A DNA stretch of 64,000 nt from Candidatus Poribacteria bacterium (GTDB taxonomy: Bacteria > Poribacteria > WGA-4E > WGA-3G), in NCBI GenBank assembly GCA_963665235.2, contig CAXXLX010000001.1, positions 1,248,001-1,312,000 of the forward strand, in the 5' to 3' direction. Of this stretch, positions 45,446 through 55,490 are shown one piece after another (position 1 is the stretch's first letter; each line of letters starts with the position of its first letter). The notes under the pieces were generated by a model, which did not search any database, was not told the DNA's origin, and saw only the letters and a list, made by a program, of their open reading frames with translations. Position numbers and translations under genes: made by a program.

Positions 45446-46522
45446 TTAAGCGTTAGCGTCTCCATCCCCGATAACGAGCTGGTTGACAATTTCTGTGGAA
45501 ACCTGCGAAATTTCAACCATGTGTCTATTAACCCAGCTATCAAAGAGTTGGAAGAAAATGAGGCACGGGATAGCAATTGTTAAGCCACCTGCGGTTGTGA
45601 GCAGTGCCTGTGAGATACCACCTGCAAGCTGTTGCGGGTCTCCAGTCCCCTCAAGGGCGATAGTCGTAAAGGCATTAATCATACCTGTCACAGTACCGAG
45701 GAGTCCAAAGAGCGGTGATACAACAGCAACTGTGCCCAGTACGGGGAGGTTTCTTTCCAATTCGGGAATTTCGAGAAGACTTGCTTCTTCAATAGCTTCT
45801 TGGATTTCCTCTTTGGTGATGTCCCGTTCTTCAATTTGGGCTTGACTGTATCTAAGCAATCCGGCTTTGAGTACGTTGGCAAGTGGGCCTCCGGCTTCTT
45901 CACATGTTGATACCGCTTCCATAATATTTTCTTGTCGCAATGAGTCGGCAATACTTGCGATGAACTGTTCTGTACCGATTCTGGAACGGCTGCGTACAAA
46001 GGTGAAAAGCCTTTCAATAATGAAGGTTAACGCTGTGACAGAGCAAATTGCCAATGGCCAAAAGACGAATCCAAATTTCTGGAAAAATGAGAGGATTGTG
46101 TCTTTTTTGGTCATTTTGAGTTGGACGTAGTGGTCACCATTGTTTACAACCGTGACAGCTTTACCGAGTCGTTCATTGTAGTTCTCTCTGAAGATGCTGA
46201 TCAGGTAGCGTCCAGCAGGAATGCTGGAGTGTTCAAAGGTGCCAGTATCATCAGATGTTGCAGTAAATTTTTGCTCGTCGGTTCCGACGATTTCCACGGT
46301 AACGCCTTCGATGGGGTTTCGTTGTGGGGTGGTATCAAAGATTTCACCTCGGACTGTCCCGCCGGTGCCCATAATGTCGCCAACCACTTCGGCTTCACCG
46401 GCTTCACCGGCTTCACCGGCTTCACCGGCTTCTTCGGTGGGTGCTTCCTCTTGCGCGATGGCGATTCCAAAGGACATACCGATACAAGCAATTAGCATTA
46501 AAATTAAACTCAAACGTTTCAT
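45446..46522 (-). CDS. exbB: ExbB/MotA/TolQ protein with N-terminal periplasmic beta-sandwich
   Basis: SPLFGLLGTV.GMI..F and GGISQALLTTAGGL; signal peptide; EAG x4 from a 9-bp repeat. Confidence 0.88.
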   Translation of the reverse strand: MKRLSLILMLIACIGMSFGIAIAQEEAPTEEAGEAGEAGEAGEAEVVGDIMGTGGTVRGEIFDTTPQRNPIEGVTVEIVGTDEQKFTATSDDTGTFEHSSIPAGRYLISIFRENYNERLGKAVTVVNNGDHYVQLKMTKKDTILSFFQKFGFVFWPLAICSVTALTFIIERLFTFVRSRSRIGTEQFIASIADSLRQENIMEAVSTCEEAGGPLANVLKAGLLRYSQAQIEERDITKEEIQEAIEEASLLEIPELERNLPVLGTVAVVSPLFGLLGTVTGMINAFTTIALEGTGDPQQLAGGISQALLTTAGGLTIAIPCLIFFQLFDSWVNRHMVEISQVSTEIVNQLVIGDGDANA

Positions 46523-46725
46523 TCGTTCTATTCCTCCTTTAAGGAACTTTCTGATGTTTGCTAGTAAGTCTTTAAGTTAAAACACCTGAGTGTTTGAAAA
46601 GTTACGGACTTTTCTGTCAGGTTTCAGTTAGTTTTGAAACAAATAGGATTGCGGATTAGCTGGACATGTAATTGTAGAGCGTGTGTCCAGCTATCCACTG
46701 TTGCGAAAATGTTTGTTTCCTCGGT

Positions 46726-49700
46726 TTAGAATCCCATCATTGCTCTAACGAAGGTAGTATTACTAGTAGCGTTTTTGAGCAAGACAGTTGTATTTCTGTA
46801 TCCTGCGAGGATAACGATATTGAAACCGAGCCAGTCTCCTCTATTGATGGCTTGAATTTCAAAGATACGGGTTCGAAGGTCCTGTCGGAAGCGGTCTGGT
46901 GCTTCTTGGTCGGCAGGGAATTTCGACAGATATTCTCTAAAGTTTTTATCCCTATTGGTAAATTTCCTATATTGGAATCCGCCGAGGATGTTCATCCGCT
47001 GTGTGAACTGATAATCTAGTCGAACTCCGAGTACATCTTCTCTACTTCTGCGATTGAATCGGAGGTATTCAATAGGTTCATCATCAGTTGGTTGGAAGAA
47101 TCGCGGGTTAAGTACCGTAGGTATTTCTTCAGCAGTTCTGTCGAAGGCACGGTCCCAAATGTATTTGACCATGGGTGTTAGGGTTAGGTCTTCGCCGATT
47201 CTGTCAACAAACGGTAGGTCTCCGAGCGGTATTTCATATCTTGCTTTGAGAATAGTTTGTTGGCTGCGAACGTTTCGTTCTGGGTACCGTCGTCCTTTCC
47301 AGTTTCCGGAGTCATATATTAATCCGGTATCATCTGGATTGAGGGCGTTTAATCCGTGGTCAGGATAAAACGGGAATTCGCGTATGCCGCCGGATGTTCG
47401 GACCTGCTCAATAGGTACGAGAAAGTCAACGCGTTCATCCGGTTCAAAGTCGCCTGTAACTTCATCGTGTTCGACATCTAGGAAGATTGCTTCCTCTTGT
47501 TCCTGCTCAAGTTGTTTTTGAAGGATAACAAGGAACTTGGCTTCAAGGGTCAAGTTAGGTATAGCGGTATAAAGGAATTGAAGCGTTGTGGTATTGACAC
47601 GCGCATTATAGAAATCCAATTCGTCTGAGACTTGGGTTTCATTCAATTCAAAGGGCCGCAGGGTGTATGTATAATCCGGGATATCGTCTCGTACGCGGAC
47701 GAATCGGTTTTGGAAGATAATTGTTCCAAAATCGGGTATATCCCGTTGATATGTTACGTGTAGGTATCTGGAGTCGTTTTGGCGTCGGCTTGAGACCTCA
47801 CTTTCGTTGAGCCATCCGAGCCGGAGGGAGAGGTTATCAAGCAAGTCATATTCTACAATAAGATGATATCCTTCTCGGTCGATGCCGTATTCATATTGGG
47901 GTTCAAAATCGTCCTCAAGAGAATCGATGACACCATTGTTATTAAGGTCAATGAGGTCGGTGTAAATAGGCGGATCGGCTTCAAAGATAAAGAAATCTTC
48001 TTGGAAGTCTAATCTCCCGTTTTGGTCTCTGTCATCTGCGCGGGGGAGGACTCCATCAAAGTCGACATCATCTGGCCAATCATCATCATCATCGTCATCT
48101 TCGATGAGCGTATAATTGGTCAGGTCCCACGGAGCTCCATCTAATGTCGGCGGGGTTCGTGGTAAATTATAGAGTTCATCCCTTGCGCCGAAAGCCCCGA
48201 AGTTGAGATAAGTGGTTGTGTACCCTGGGTCGATATGGTACCAAACCCCTTCCAGATAAAGTTTTCCGAATCGGGATTTGAGCTGTACGAACCAGGCGGT
48301 TTCTCTACCGAGTTGTCCATCGCCATCCACATCTGTTCCATCTCCGCCGAGGTGTGCTTCAAAACGTTCCCCTTCGGTTTCGGAGTAGGTTGGTATTCCA
48401 CTTGCATCTACTGGGAGTCCGGTGGCGGGGTCAATAGAAATGCCGGTGGGCTGTTCATCAGTCGCGTCCCCGATAATGCTATCCTCAACCTGAATGGTCT
48501 CTTTGAGTCGAGAGAATCCGATTTGGTTTTTGGGGATGGTCGGGTACTGTTTGTATTTCCCGTTAATGGAGTAGTGTGCCCTGATGAACACATTTCCAAC
48601 GGTTCCCTCAAGATCGAGCCCGTAAAGGAGGGCGGCACGCGCTGCTCCGTATCGGTATTGAACTTTCCGGGGTTTACCTTCCCCTTCCCAGGCACTCGGG
48701 TTATCAGCGAGGTTTTCTCGGTTTTCGGTATAATCGGAGGATTGCCCGTAATTCCCAGGTGCCTGAATGATATCGCGATACGGTATTTGAATATGGCCAT
48801 CTTCCGTTTTTATCCATTCCGAATCTTCGGCCCCTTGGTTTGCACTACTTAGCCCGATAACAGCGATATTGTAATCTCCAGCAACGATCATGTCAAAAAC
48901 AACGGATTTGACAGTGCGAGGGTCGATGTCATGGTCATCAAAAACGAGGTCATATTTCATTCGATTGAAACCTTCAGCAATTTTCCATTCGCCATCAACG
49001 GATTCCTTGAGTCTATCACTCGGATCTGCGGGAACGATTTCATCCATGAAAATTTCGAGAGATTGCTTCTCTTCTGGGAGGGTTTCCGGTTCAATACCGG
49101 CATCCCTATCCTCTTGGGTTATTTCTTCAAGTTCTTGGGTGACAATAGTGACTGTAACCTTTCTGACAGCAGCACCGACGCCGCCCTGAATTTTATCGCT
49201 GTGTAGGTCTGCACTGTATCCCTCAAAATCGGTAATTTCAGCGATGTGATTATCTTCGGGGGAATCATCACGGAAGATAAGGGTGATTGTCTCAGGGGGT
49301 GTATTGGCAACGGTTCCGTGCAGTGGATTTTCCACTCGCTCTGGGTGTTCCTTACGTAAGTTGATATAAGTGAATCCAACTCGGAAAACGTCACCTAGGA
49401 GGCCTTGTCCCCGGAAACCGATGAGCCGTGAGTTTTCAAGGTGCCGTACTCCTGCATCTGCGTTGAGTCCATTTCGGCGGCCGAGGGAGGGTGAGAGGTC
49501 TGGGGGCTCTCCAATGTTGATTGGGTTAGAGATGCGTGAATTGAGGAGCGTAAAGAGGTGCCGCTCTTGTGCGAACGAGATATCCCACCGAAACCCATCA
49601 AACTCATTTTTGAACATAATATATCTGTTCGGGAATAAGGTAGCGGGCTTGATACGCAAATGGTCTCCGATTGCAAACTCGGTATATCGCCCTCGGTACG

Positions 49701-50043
49701 CATCTTCTGTTAAGATAGTCCGGTCCAATTGAACTGCATAACGGACAGTATCTAACTGGCCGGTGCGCCCAATAATCAATTCACCGTTGCGGTCAAATTC
49801 TTTTTCCTCAACGTATTGATTGACTTCATGTCCTTCCAAAAGCTCTTTTCCGAAGAGGTCATAGAAAAACTGGGGTTCCTCGTTCAATTGGAAGCGGTCT
49901 GAGAATTTAGCATCCGCGTCAATTGTAGGCAAGAGGGGTTCCTGCGGGCCGAGGCTTTGCGCGCCACAACCGTAAAGGATAAATCCACTCAGGATGCAAG
50001 TTAATACAAGTAAAATATCACTTGTTCGTTTTAGCATGTTCAT
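46726..50043 (-). CDS. large acidic putative outer-membrane lipoprotein
   Basis: LYGC lipobox; DxDxDG/DxNxNG motifs; C-terminal Phe. Confidence 0.65.
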   Translation of the reverse strand: MNMLKRTSDILLVLTCILSGFILYGCGAQSLGPQEPLLPTIDADAKFSDRFQLNEEPQFFYDLFGKELLEGHEVNQYVEEKEFDRNGELIIGRTGQLDTVRYAVQLDRTILTEDAYRGRYTEFAIGDHLRIKPATLFPNRYIMFKNEFDGFRWDISFAQERHLFTLLNSRISNPINIGEPPDLSPSLGRRNGLNADAGVRHLENSRLIGFRGQGLLGDVFRVGFTYINLRKEHPERVENPLHGTVANTPPETITLIFRDDSPEDNHIAEITDFEGYSADLHSDKIQGGVGAAVRKVTVTIVTQELEEITQEDRDAGIEPETLPEEKQSLEIFMDEIVPADPSDRLKESVDGEWKIAEGFNRMKYDLVFDDHDIDPRTVKSVVFDMIVAGDYNIAVIGLSSANQGAEDSEWIKTEDGHIQIPYRDIIQAPGNYGQSSDYTENRENLADNPSAWEGEGKPRKVQYRYGAARAALLYGLDLEGTVGNVFIRAHYSINGKYKQYPTIPKNQIGFSRLKETIQVEDSIIGDATDEQPTGISIDPATGLPVDASGIPTYSETEGERFEAHLGGDGTDVDGDGQLGRETAWFVQLKSRFGKLYLEGVWYHIDPGYTTTYLNFGAFGARDELYNLPRTPPTLDGAPWDLTNYTLIEDDDDDDDWPDDVDFDGVLPRADDRDQNGRLDFQEDFFIFEADPPIYTDLIDLNNNGVIDSLEDDFEPQYEYGIDREGYHLIVEYDLLDNLSLRLGWLNESEVSSRRQNDSRYLHVTYQRDIPDFGTIIFQNRFVRVRDDIPDYTYTLRPFELNETQVSDELDFYNARVNTTTLQFLYTAIPNLTLEAKFLVILQKQLEQEQEEAIFLDVEHDEVTGDFEPDERVDFLVPIEQVRTSGGIREFPFYPDHGLNALNPDDTGLIYDSGNWKGRRYPERNVRSQQTILKARYEIPLGDLPFVDRIGEDLTLTPMVKYIWDRAFDRTAEEIPTVLNPRFFQPTDDEPIEYLRFNRRSREDVLGVRLDYQFTQRMNILGGFQYRKFTNRDKNFREYLSKFPADQEAPDRFRQDLRTRIFEIQAINRGDWLGFNIVILAGYRNTTVLLKNATSNTTFVRAMMGF

Positions 50044-50507
50044 TAGTTTAGTCTTCCTCCTTAGGGAATAATTAGCTCAGATATTCGGTTACCTGCCTTC
50101 GGCAGCTAAGATGTGATGCCGAGTTGAAGGTAGGCCGGAGTCCGGCTCCAAAAAACCTTAAAAATGGTCAGATTCTATAATGTTTGTAAACGAAGAGCAG
50201 CAGATATCCGTTATTAGCTACAGAAAAACTACTATGCCCTGAATCGGTAGAACACACTCTTCGATTTACACGGGTGTTGCCTAATTGATGATATGATACT
50301 CGGATTGAAAATCACGCTTGTCCCGTGTTCCGTTCATCAGTTAGTAGTGATATCAGTATCTTCGTTTTGGCAACACCCTTCAATTTGCAGTATACCTTAA
50401 CTTCACTTCCCGATTGTGAGAATGCAGGTGTCTGCAAGCAAGTTCCTTTCCACTGAATTAAGGGGTCGTCTTAGCAGAAATTGACAAAACTTCCACAAAA
50501 GAACTAT

Positions 50508-50878
50508 TTGACATACTCTCCCAGCTAAAGCGAGGGAGATTCTTTTGAAGGATTTCCATAGCTTTAGCTATTGGATTGTGGTATCATCGAGCGTTGCTTG
50601 CGCGTTGCTGTCCAAAAAGGACTTCATAGGACAGGTCTAACACGCTCTACTCCAAAGGACAATGCCCTGCCCTTGTGCTTTCGCACCTTATTTTAGGAGC
50701 GGCCTGTTGGTTTCCCTGTAGTCGGAAACCCTCCCGCTCCTCTTACTGTCCGAATCGATGCTTTGGTATCTAATGCAGCATTACCCATGTTTTAAATACC
50801 GATAGTAAGCACGATTTCAACTTATGCACCGCTACTACATCCCCTCCTAAAGGACGAGGTTTTGTAGCGGAGGATTTG
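50508..50878 (-). mobile_element. second non-autonomous IS200/IS605 element with omega-RNA-like right end
   Basis: Left-end hairpin ccgctac..cctcgtcctttaggagggg..gtagcgg after TTAG; right end gaatctccctcgctttagctgggagagtatgTCAA. Confidence 0.75.
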
Positions 50879-50889
50879 CTAACATATTT

Positions 50890-50918
50890 AAAATAGCATA
50901 GATACAATTTTTCGTCAA
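50890..50918 (-). promoter_or_regulatory. promoter reading into the element and the exbBD operon
   Basis: TTGACG - 17 nt - TATTTT with extended TG. Confidence 0.5.
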
Positions 50919-51082
50919 GAAAAAAAAGATTGAATTCCAGGGTTATTTAGTTTTGGGTTTTTCCAAGCGAATTGAACCGATTGTTGCAAGCACAGTTCGC
51001 TCTTGAGAAGCGGGCTGCTTGCCCGAATACTATAAGAGAACACTTGAAAAGACGACGAAAAATATGAAGATTCAATTTAATT

Positions 51083-52489
51083 TTAACTCGCCTCTGTGTG
51101 TTTCCTAAAATATTCAATTAAGAGGGCGAGGGTCACGCCCAGGCATAACCCAACAATGCCTGAAAGGATAACAATAAATTTGAACTGCGGTGCGACCGGA
51201 ATTTTTCTGGGGACCGCAATGTCAACGATTTCAATACCGCCTTTTTGTGTAACGGTTACGTCAGCCTCAGTGCTTAAGATTTCAGCCTCAAGGGCCCGCT
51301 TGGCAATTTCTTCCATCATAGTGTTCGCGAGTTGAAGTTTCGCGTTGAGTTGAACGAAATTATGCTGTGCTTCCGGAATTTTGTCTATTAAGTGTTGTAG
51401 CTGTTTTTCGGTTGTGTGCAATTTCTGTTTAAGTTGTTCGGTTTCGGCTTGATACCCTTCAATAGCTGGGGGCAATTCAATCAGCTGATTTTGTATATAA
51501 GTATAATGCGGTGATGTCCCATCCGTTGTAGCGGTCGCCATTTTCGGTGTTTCATCGGTTTTCTTTTTAATTTCATCAATTTGCGCGTTAAGTCCTCTGA
51601 TATCGGACGCGCTTTTTCCGATCTTTTCTGTATCAGCAATGCGCTGAGTTTCCAATTCAAATAACTTTTCTTGCTGATATAACCAAATAGGGTTGTGATT
51701 GCTCGTTTCCGAAATCTGTGTCTGTTTCGGCAGTATATCTTGCTGTTTTTGCAGGTGCATCAGTCGGAGTTGTGCTGTGCGAAGTGTACGTTCAGCGGTT
51801 CCGAGCCGTTCTTGCAAATTTTGGTGCTGCGCTAATAAATTTGTTAGCGTAGGGGACCATATCTCCGGACTTCCGTTTTCTTTGACAAATTGGAGTATAT
51901 CCTCGATAATTTTTCCGGTTTCTTTCCTAATTTCGCCCTGTTTTCGGTTGAGGAAGCGTTGATGTTTTGCTAAGTTGGCTTTTTCATTTTCGCTTCGGAG
52001 TGTTTGCATGTCCCGTGCAAGTTGGTTAACTAAAAGTGCAGCGTTGCGTTCACCCCCCTCTGTTTCTGTCAATTGTAGTGAGAGTTGAATATAGTCAGCA
52101 TCTGGTCGAATTTGCGCGCTTATATTTCGCTTGAGATTTCCGATACCCGGAAAGTGCCTTAAGCCTTTCTGTCCATCCTCTTCAAGCGTCTCTATTGCAG
52201 CTGTGAGCATGGATTCGGTAGCGAATCGCTCGCTGATTGTTGCCATTTCTCTGCGGTCTACTCCGCCGGAAAAGACCGTTTGAAACAAATTGGCGGATGA
52301 CATAGAGGAGGCGGGGTTCGATCTGACGAGCTGCATCAACGTGGAAGCGGAATAGGTTTTAGGTAAACGGAGGGAAATAGTAAGAGCAGTCCCTAAAACC
52401 GATAAGGTGCTTAAGCAAATAATAAAAGCGTACTTCTGTATAAATTGAAGATAGTCTTGCAAGGACTCCTCTTTCTGAGACATAAGCAT
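51083..52489 (-). CDS. Wzz/GumC-like polysaccharide co-polymerase
   Basis: Two terminal TMs, PKTYSAST, long coiled coil, IVDIA.P..PVAP. Confidence 0.8.
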   Translation of the reverse strand: MLMSQKEESLQDYLQFIQKYAFIICLSTLSVLGTALTISLRLPKTYSASTLMQLVRSNPASSMSSANLFQTVFSGGVDRREMATISERFATESMLTAAIETLEEDGQKGLRHFPGIGNLKRNISAQIRPDADYIQLSLQLTETEGGERNAALLVNQLARDMQTLRSENEKANLAKHQRFLNRKQGEIRKETGKIIEDILQFVKENGSPEIWSPTLTNLLAQHQNLQERLGTAERTLRTAQLRLMHLQKQQDILPKQTQISETSNHNPIWLYQQEKLFELETQRIADTEKIGKSASDIRGLNAQIDEIKKKTDETPKMATATTDGTSPHYTYIQNQLIELPPAIEGYQAETEQLKQKLHTTEKQLQHLIDKIPEAQHNFVQLNAKLQLANTMMEEIAKRALEAEILSTEADVTVTQKGGIEIVDIAVPRKIPVAPQFKFIVILSGIVGLCLGVTLALLIEYFRKHTEAS

Positions 52490-52622
52490 AAGTTTCCGCT
52501 CGGATGTTAAGACGAAAAAACCATCCTTTCATTTAAGTAAGATTTTTAGGACTATCGGACTTACGGATATCAAAAAAACCGTGGGTTTAAGGTTCGCGTT
52601 CCGTATCGGCGTAAGTCGTGGT

Positions 52623-53183
52623 TTATAGGTTATTTGCGGCGCGAATTTCTTCGTCGCTGAAAGCTTCATCGTGCCATTCAGTGATTCGCCATTCTCCGTT
52701 TCTTTTTTCGAAAATAAAGAGGTTATCGCCTTCAGCGAACCAACCGAGATACCCGCCTTCTAGAGATTCGCCATCAGCGACGAACCCTTGAATACGGTAA
52801 TGATTTCGGACCTCCGCCTGATTTCCATCTTCATACAGTTCTATTTCAGGCGGAGCCGAGAGTTCTATTTCGATATCTTGATACCGGGAAAAGACACGAG
52901 CTGCTGCCTCCCGCTCCTGTCGAATATCATCGAACTCAAGGTCATCGGTTGTATCACCATCAGTGCCCATGTCTGAGACGTATAGAAACCCTGTTTCCCA
53001 ATAAGCACTCATATAGGTTTCAACATCTTCAGTTTCATAACCTTCACGCCACCTTTTTAAAACCTCATTAATTTTCAAACGGTCTTCGACAGGTATCTGA
53101 TTTAATTTATCAACGTCTCCGCAGCTCACAAAACATGCGATTAAGACGAACATACCGATTATTTTGGGTAAAACCTTTAACAT
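52623..53183 (-). CDS. NTF2/SnoaL-like lipoprotein
   Basis: FVSC lipobox; W..GYE.ED...YM..Y and FEKRNGEWRITEW. Confidence 0.7.
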   Translation of the reverse strand: MLKVLPKIIGMFVLIACFVSCGDVDKLNQIPVEDRLKINEVLKRWREGYETEDVETYMSAYWETGFLYVSDMGTDGDTTDDLEFDDIRQEREAAARVFSRYQDIEIELSAPPEIELYEDGNQAEVRNHYRIQGFVADGESLEGGYLGWFAEGDNLFIFEKRNGEWRITEWHDEAFSDEEIRAANNL

Positions 53184-53201
53184 GAATCCTCACCTCTAAA
53201 C

Positions 53202-53762
53202 TTAAAAAGTCTTAACGACTCCCAAATAGAGCCGCGATGGGGTGACTCCAACTTGGAGTCCCGATTTTTCGAGCTGCTTTGCATCTTCCTGAATTGAATG
53301 AATTTTTGATGATGCGTTGTAAAAGTTTGCGCTGACATAGGAATCCATAATGCTATAAACCCAAGTACCGAGGGCGGTGTAGATAAAGAACATTCTGAGT
53401 TTGTAGCTCTGATTCGCCTTGTCGTAGCTGGCTAAGACGATTTCAGCATCTTCGGGGGCTATACTTGCGTTGAACACGTAGTCGTTATAATGGTTTGCAA
53501 AAGAACGTTGTGCGAAGTATGCGCCGACAGTTGAAGTAGCCATGGTAAATAGGATGAGTCCGCTCCGGAAATAATTGCGGCTATGAAATTGTCCCCATCC
53601 GGGAAAGAGGGTTGAGCGGACCATAGTTGCAATCGGAGAAATCTGTCTCACGCTCTTTTCAGGTTCCGTCGAATTGGTTTGAGCCTCGATTGTTTCGGCG
53701 AAACTTACGGGTAAACTTAGCGATAACATCAATAGTATCAAAAACGTCAATAAAAAACGCAT
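53202..53762 (-). CDS. DUF5683-like membrane protein
   Basis: RSTLFPGWGQF and YSIMDSYVSA; start uncertain. Confidence 0.7.
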   Translation of the reverse strand: MRFLLTFLILLMLSLSLPVSFAETIEAQTNSTEPEKSVRQISPIATMVRSTLFPGWGQFHSRNYFRSGLILFTMATSTVGAYFAQRSFANHYNDYVFNASIAPEDAEIVLASYDKANQSYKLRMFFIYTALGTWVYSIMDSYVSANFYNASSKIHSIQEDAKQLEKSGLQVGVTPSRLYLGVVKTF

Positions 53763-53861
53763 GTGGGTTCTCATCCAATAGAGGTACGAGTTATATTGAC
53801 AAGCCTTACGCAAAAGTTGCGTAAGGCTTGTTGTCCAAGTGGGTTGCCCTAAGCATCTCGT

Positions 53862-55412
53862 TTATCTTTTTCGACTTTGTATGCGTCGGGTTGACCGTCG
53901 CCTATCCTCATCATCATCATCGTCATCTTTACTACTTGTCTTTGAACTTGAGGAACTTGAGGAGCGTGTCGCTGTTGGACGCGTCCGCGTGCTAGATGAA
54001 GAAGAACGAGTAGTACTCCGTGATTTAGGCTGCGTTGTTCTGGAGTTGGATGGCGTTACCGACGGGGTTCGCTGCTGTTTCCATTTATCAAGACTACGTT
54101 GACTTGGAAAAGGCGAAGAACTGCTCCGGTTTCGCGAGGAGTTTATGGACCACGTTCTCCGTTCCGTGCTCGAGGGACTATACCTTCTGGATGTATTCCC
54201 ATCTGTCCGTGAGTCAAGACGTTGTCCGTTCTGTCTTTCTGTCGTCCGCGTAGAATAACTGGAGCGGTTCGTATACCGTCGGGGTTGCAGTGTCGATGTG
54301 TTCCTCACGACGCGTCTTTGATGAATAAGCGTGCTTCGAGAGGCCCGTTCTGTTGTCGAAGGTATCCGTTTCCGATGGTCTTGAATAGTGCTACGGACAT
54401 CGGTTTGTACGGTGGTTCGTTCTTTTGCTGGAAGTTGTGCCGCTAATCGGCTCCGGGTGTACCGTTTCCGTGTATTTTCATGCGCTGCGCTCCATTGATT
54501 GAACTGCGTCCGTTTATGGGCCCCCCGATGTGATGAGCGATAATCATCATAGTATGGGGAGTGCCAATGGCCGTAAAGTGACGGGTGACGCGAGCGATAA
54601 CGGACGAGGTAGTTCCCATAATAGGAACGAATGGAGAGATAACGATGGTCATAGACAGGATAACTCCATCGGAAATAGGCATCGTACCCATCTGTGTAAT
54701 AAAAGGGACCGTCGTAAAAGTAGAGATAGGTGTATCGATGCCAGGGACGCCAACGGTAGGTAGGCGTATAGCGATGAATGACACGAACTTTGGGGGCTCT
54801 ACGATACGTTGTGACCTCAATATATTCAACATCAAGTTGTTCGCCCCCTTCGGCGACGATATGAAGTTCCATCCAGCCGTTTTCGACATGTCCGGCGGCA
54901 GGAATTTTGATGGTTTCAGAACGTCTATTTGCTCTAAGTACAAAGGTGTCGCCGTATCGAGTTTCAGCGGCACTTTTGTCATGATATCCGCGTCGCGTTG
55001 CTTCTCGCCGAATATTCCGCACCCAAAGTTTACCGGCGATGGGTTCATCGTAATCCTGAATTTCGAATGTGTGCGGCTCTCCTTTGTATCGAACCAAAAT
55101 CTCAATAGACTGGGCACCTTGCGGGATTTCAAACAGGTATACCCCGCTTGCAATCGCAAATTCGTAGTTATCCATATCACGAGATGTACTTGCCCAGGCG
55201 GTAAGCCGCATTCCCTCCTCAAAGAGCGGGCTGGCGGTAATCGTCGCGTTGCCGCGTTCAATCCATTCATCTACGTCACTTGCAACCCGATGTTCTCGAC
55301 TCATTCGGTCAGCGTAATAACCGGAATCGGCGTAACTTGCTGTTACCAACGCTAGGCTTAATAAACAGCTAAGAAGTCCGGCGATTGTCAATTTGAAAAT
55401 GCGATTCGTCAT
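53862..55412 (-). CDS. secreted hypothetical protein with Tyr-rich middle and Ser/Arg/Thr-rich tail
   Basis: AGGAGG RBS before MTNRIFK; signal peptide; the upstream ORF extension lies inside the IS end. Confidence 0.7.
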   Translation of the reverse strand: MTNRIFKLTIAGLLSCLLSLALVTASYADSGYYADRMSREHRVASDVDEWIERGNATITASPLFEEGMRLTAWASTSRDMDNYEFAIASGVYLFEIPQGAQSIEILVRYKGEPHTFEIQDYDEPIAGKLWVRNIRREATRRGYHDKSAAETRYGDTFVLRANRRSETIKIPAAGHVENGWMELHIVAEGGEQLDVEYIEVTTYRRAPKVRVIHRYTPTYRWRPWHRYTYLYFYDGPFYYTDGYDAYFRWSYPVYDHRYLSIRSYYGNYLVRYRSRHPSLYGHWHSPYYDDYRSSHRGAHKRTQFNQWSAAHENTRKRYTRSRLAAQLPAKERTTVQTDVRSTIQDHRKRIPSTTERASRSTLIHQRRVVRNTSTLQPRRYTNRSSYSTRTTERQNGQRLDSRTDGNTSRRYSPSSTERRTWSINSSRNRSSSSPFPSQRSLDKWKQQRTPSVTPSNSRTTQPKSRSTTRSSSSSTRTRPTATRSSSSSSSKTSSKDDDDDDEDRRRSTRRIQSRKR

Positions 55413-55490
55413 GAGAATCCTCCTAAGTTTATGTTCGTCATAGTACCCACCACCTAAAGGTGGGGGCTTGTGCTTCCTCGACAACAGCGT

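Noticed and set aside
54443-55355. long alternative-frame ORFs (275 aa and 256 aa)
   Set aside because: Overlap a gene that has an RBS and signal peptide; no motifs of their own
55413-55484. N-terminal extension MSRKHKPPP of the 540-aa ORF
   Set aside because: Mostly derived from the IS right end; a strong RBS and signal peptide start at 55412
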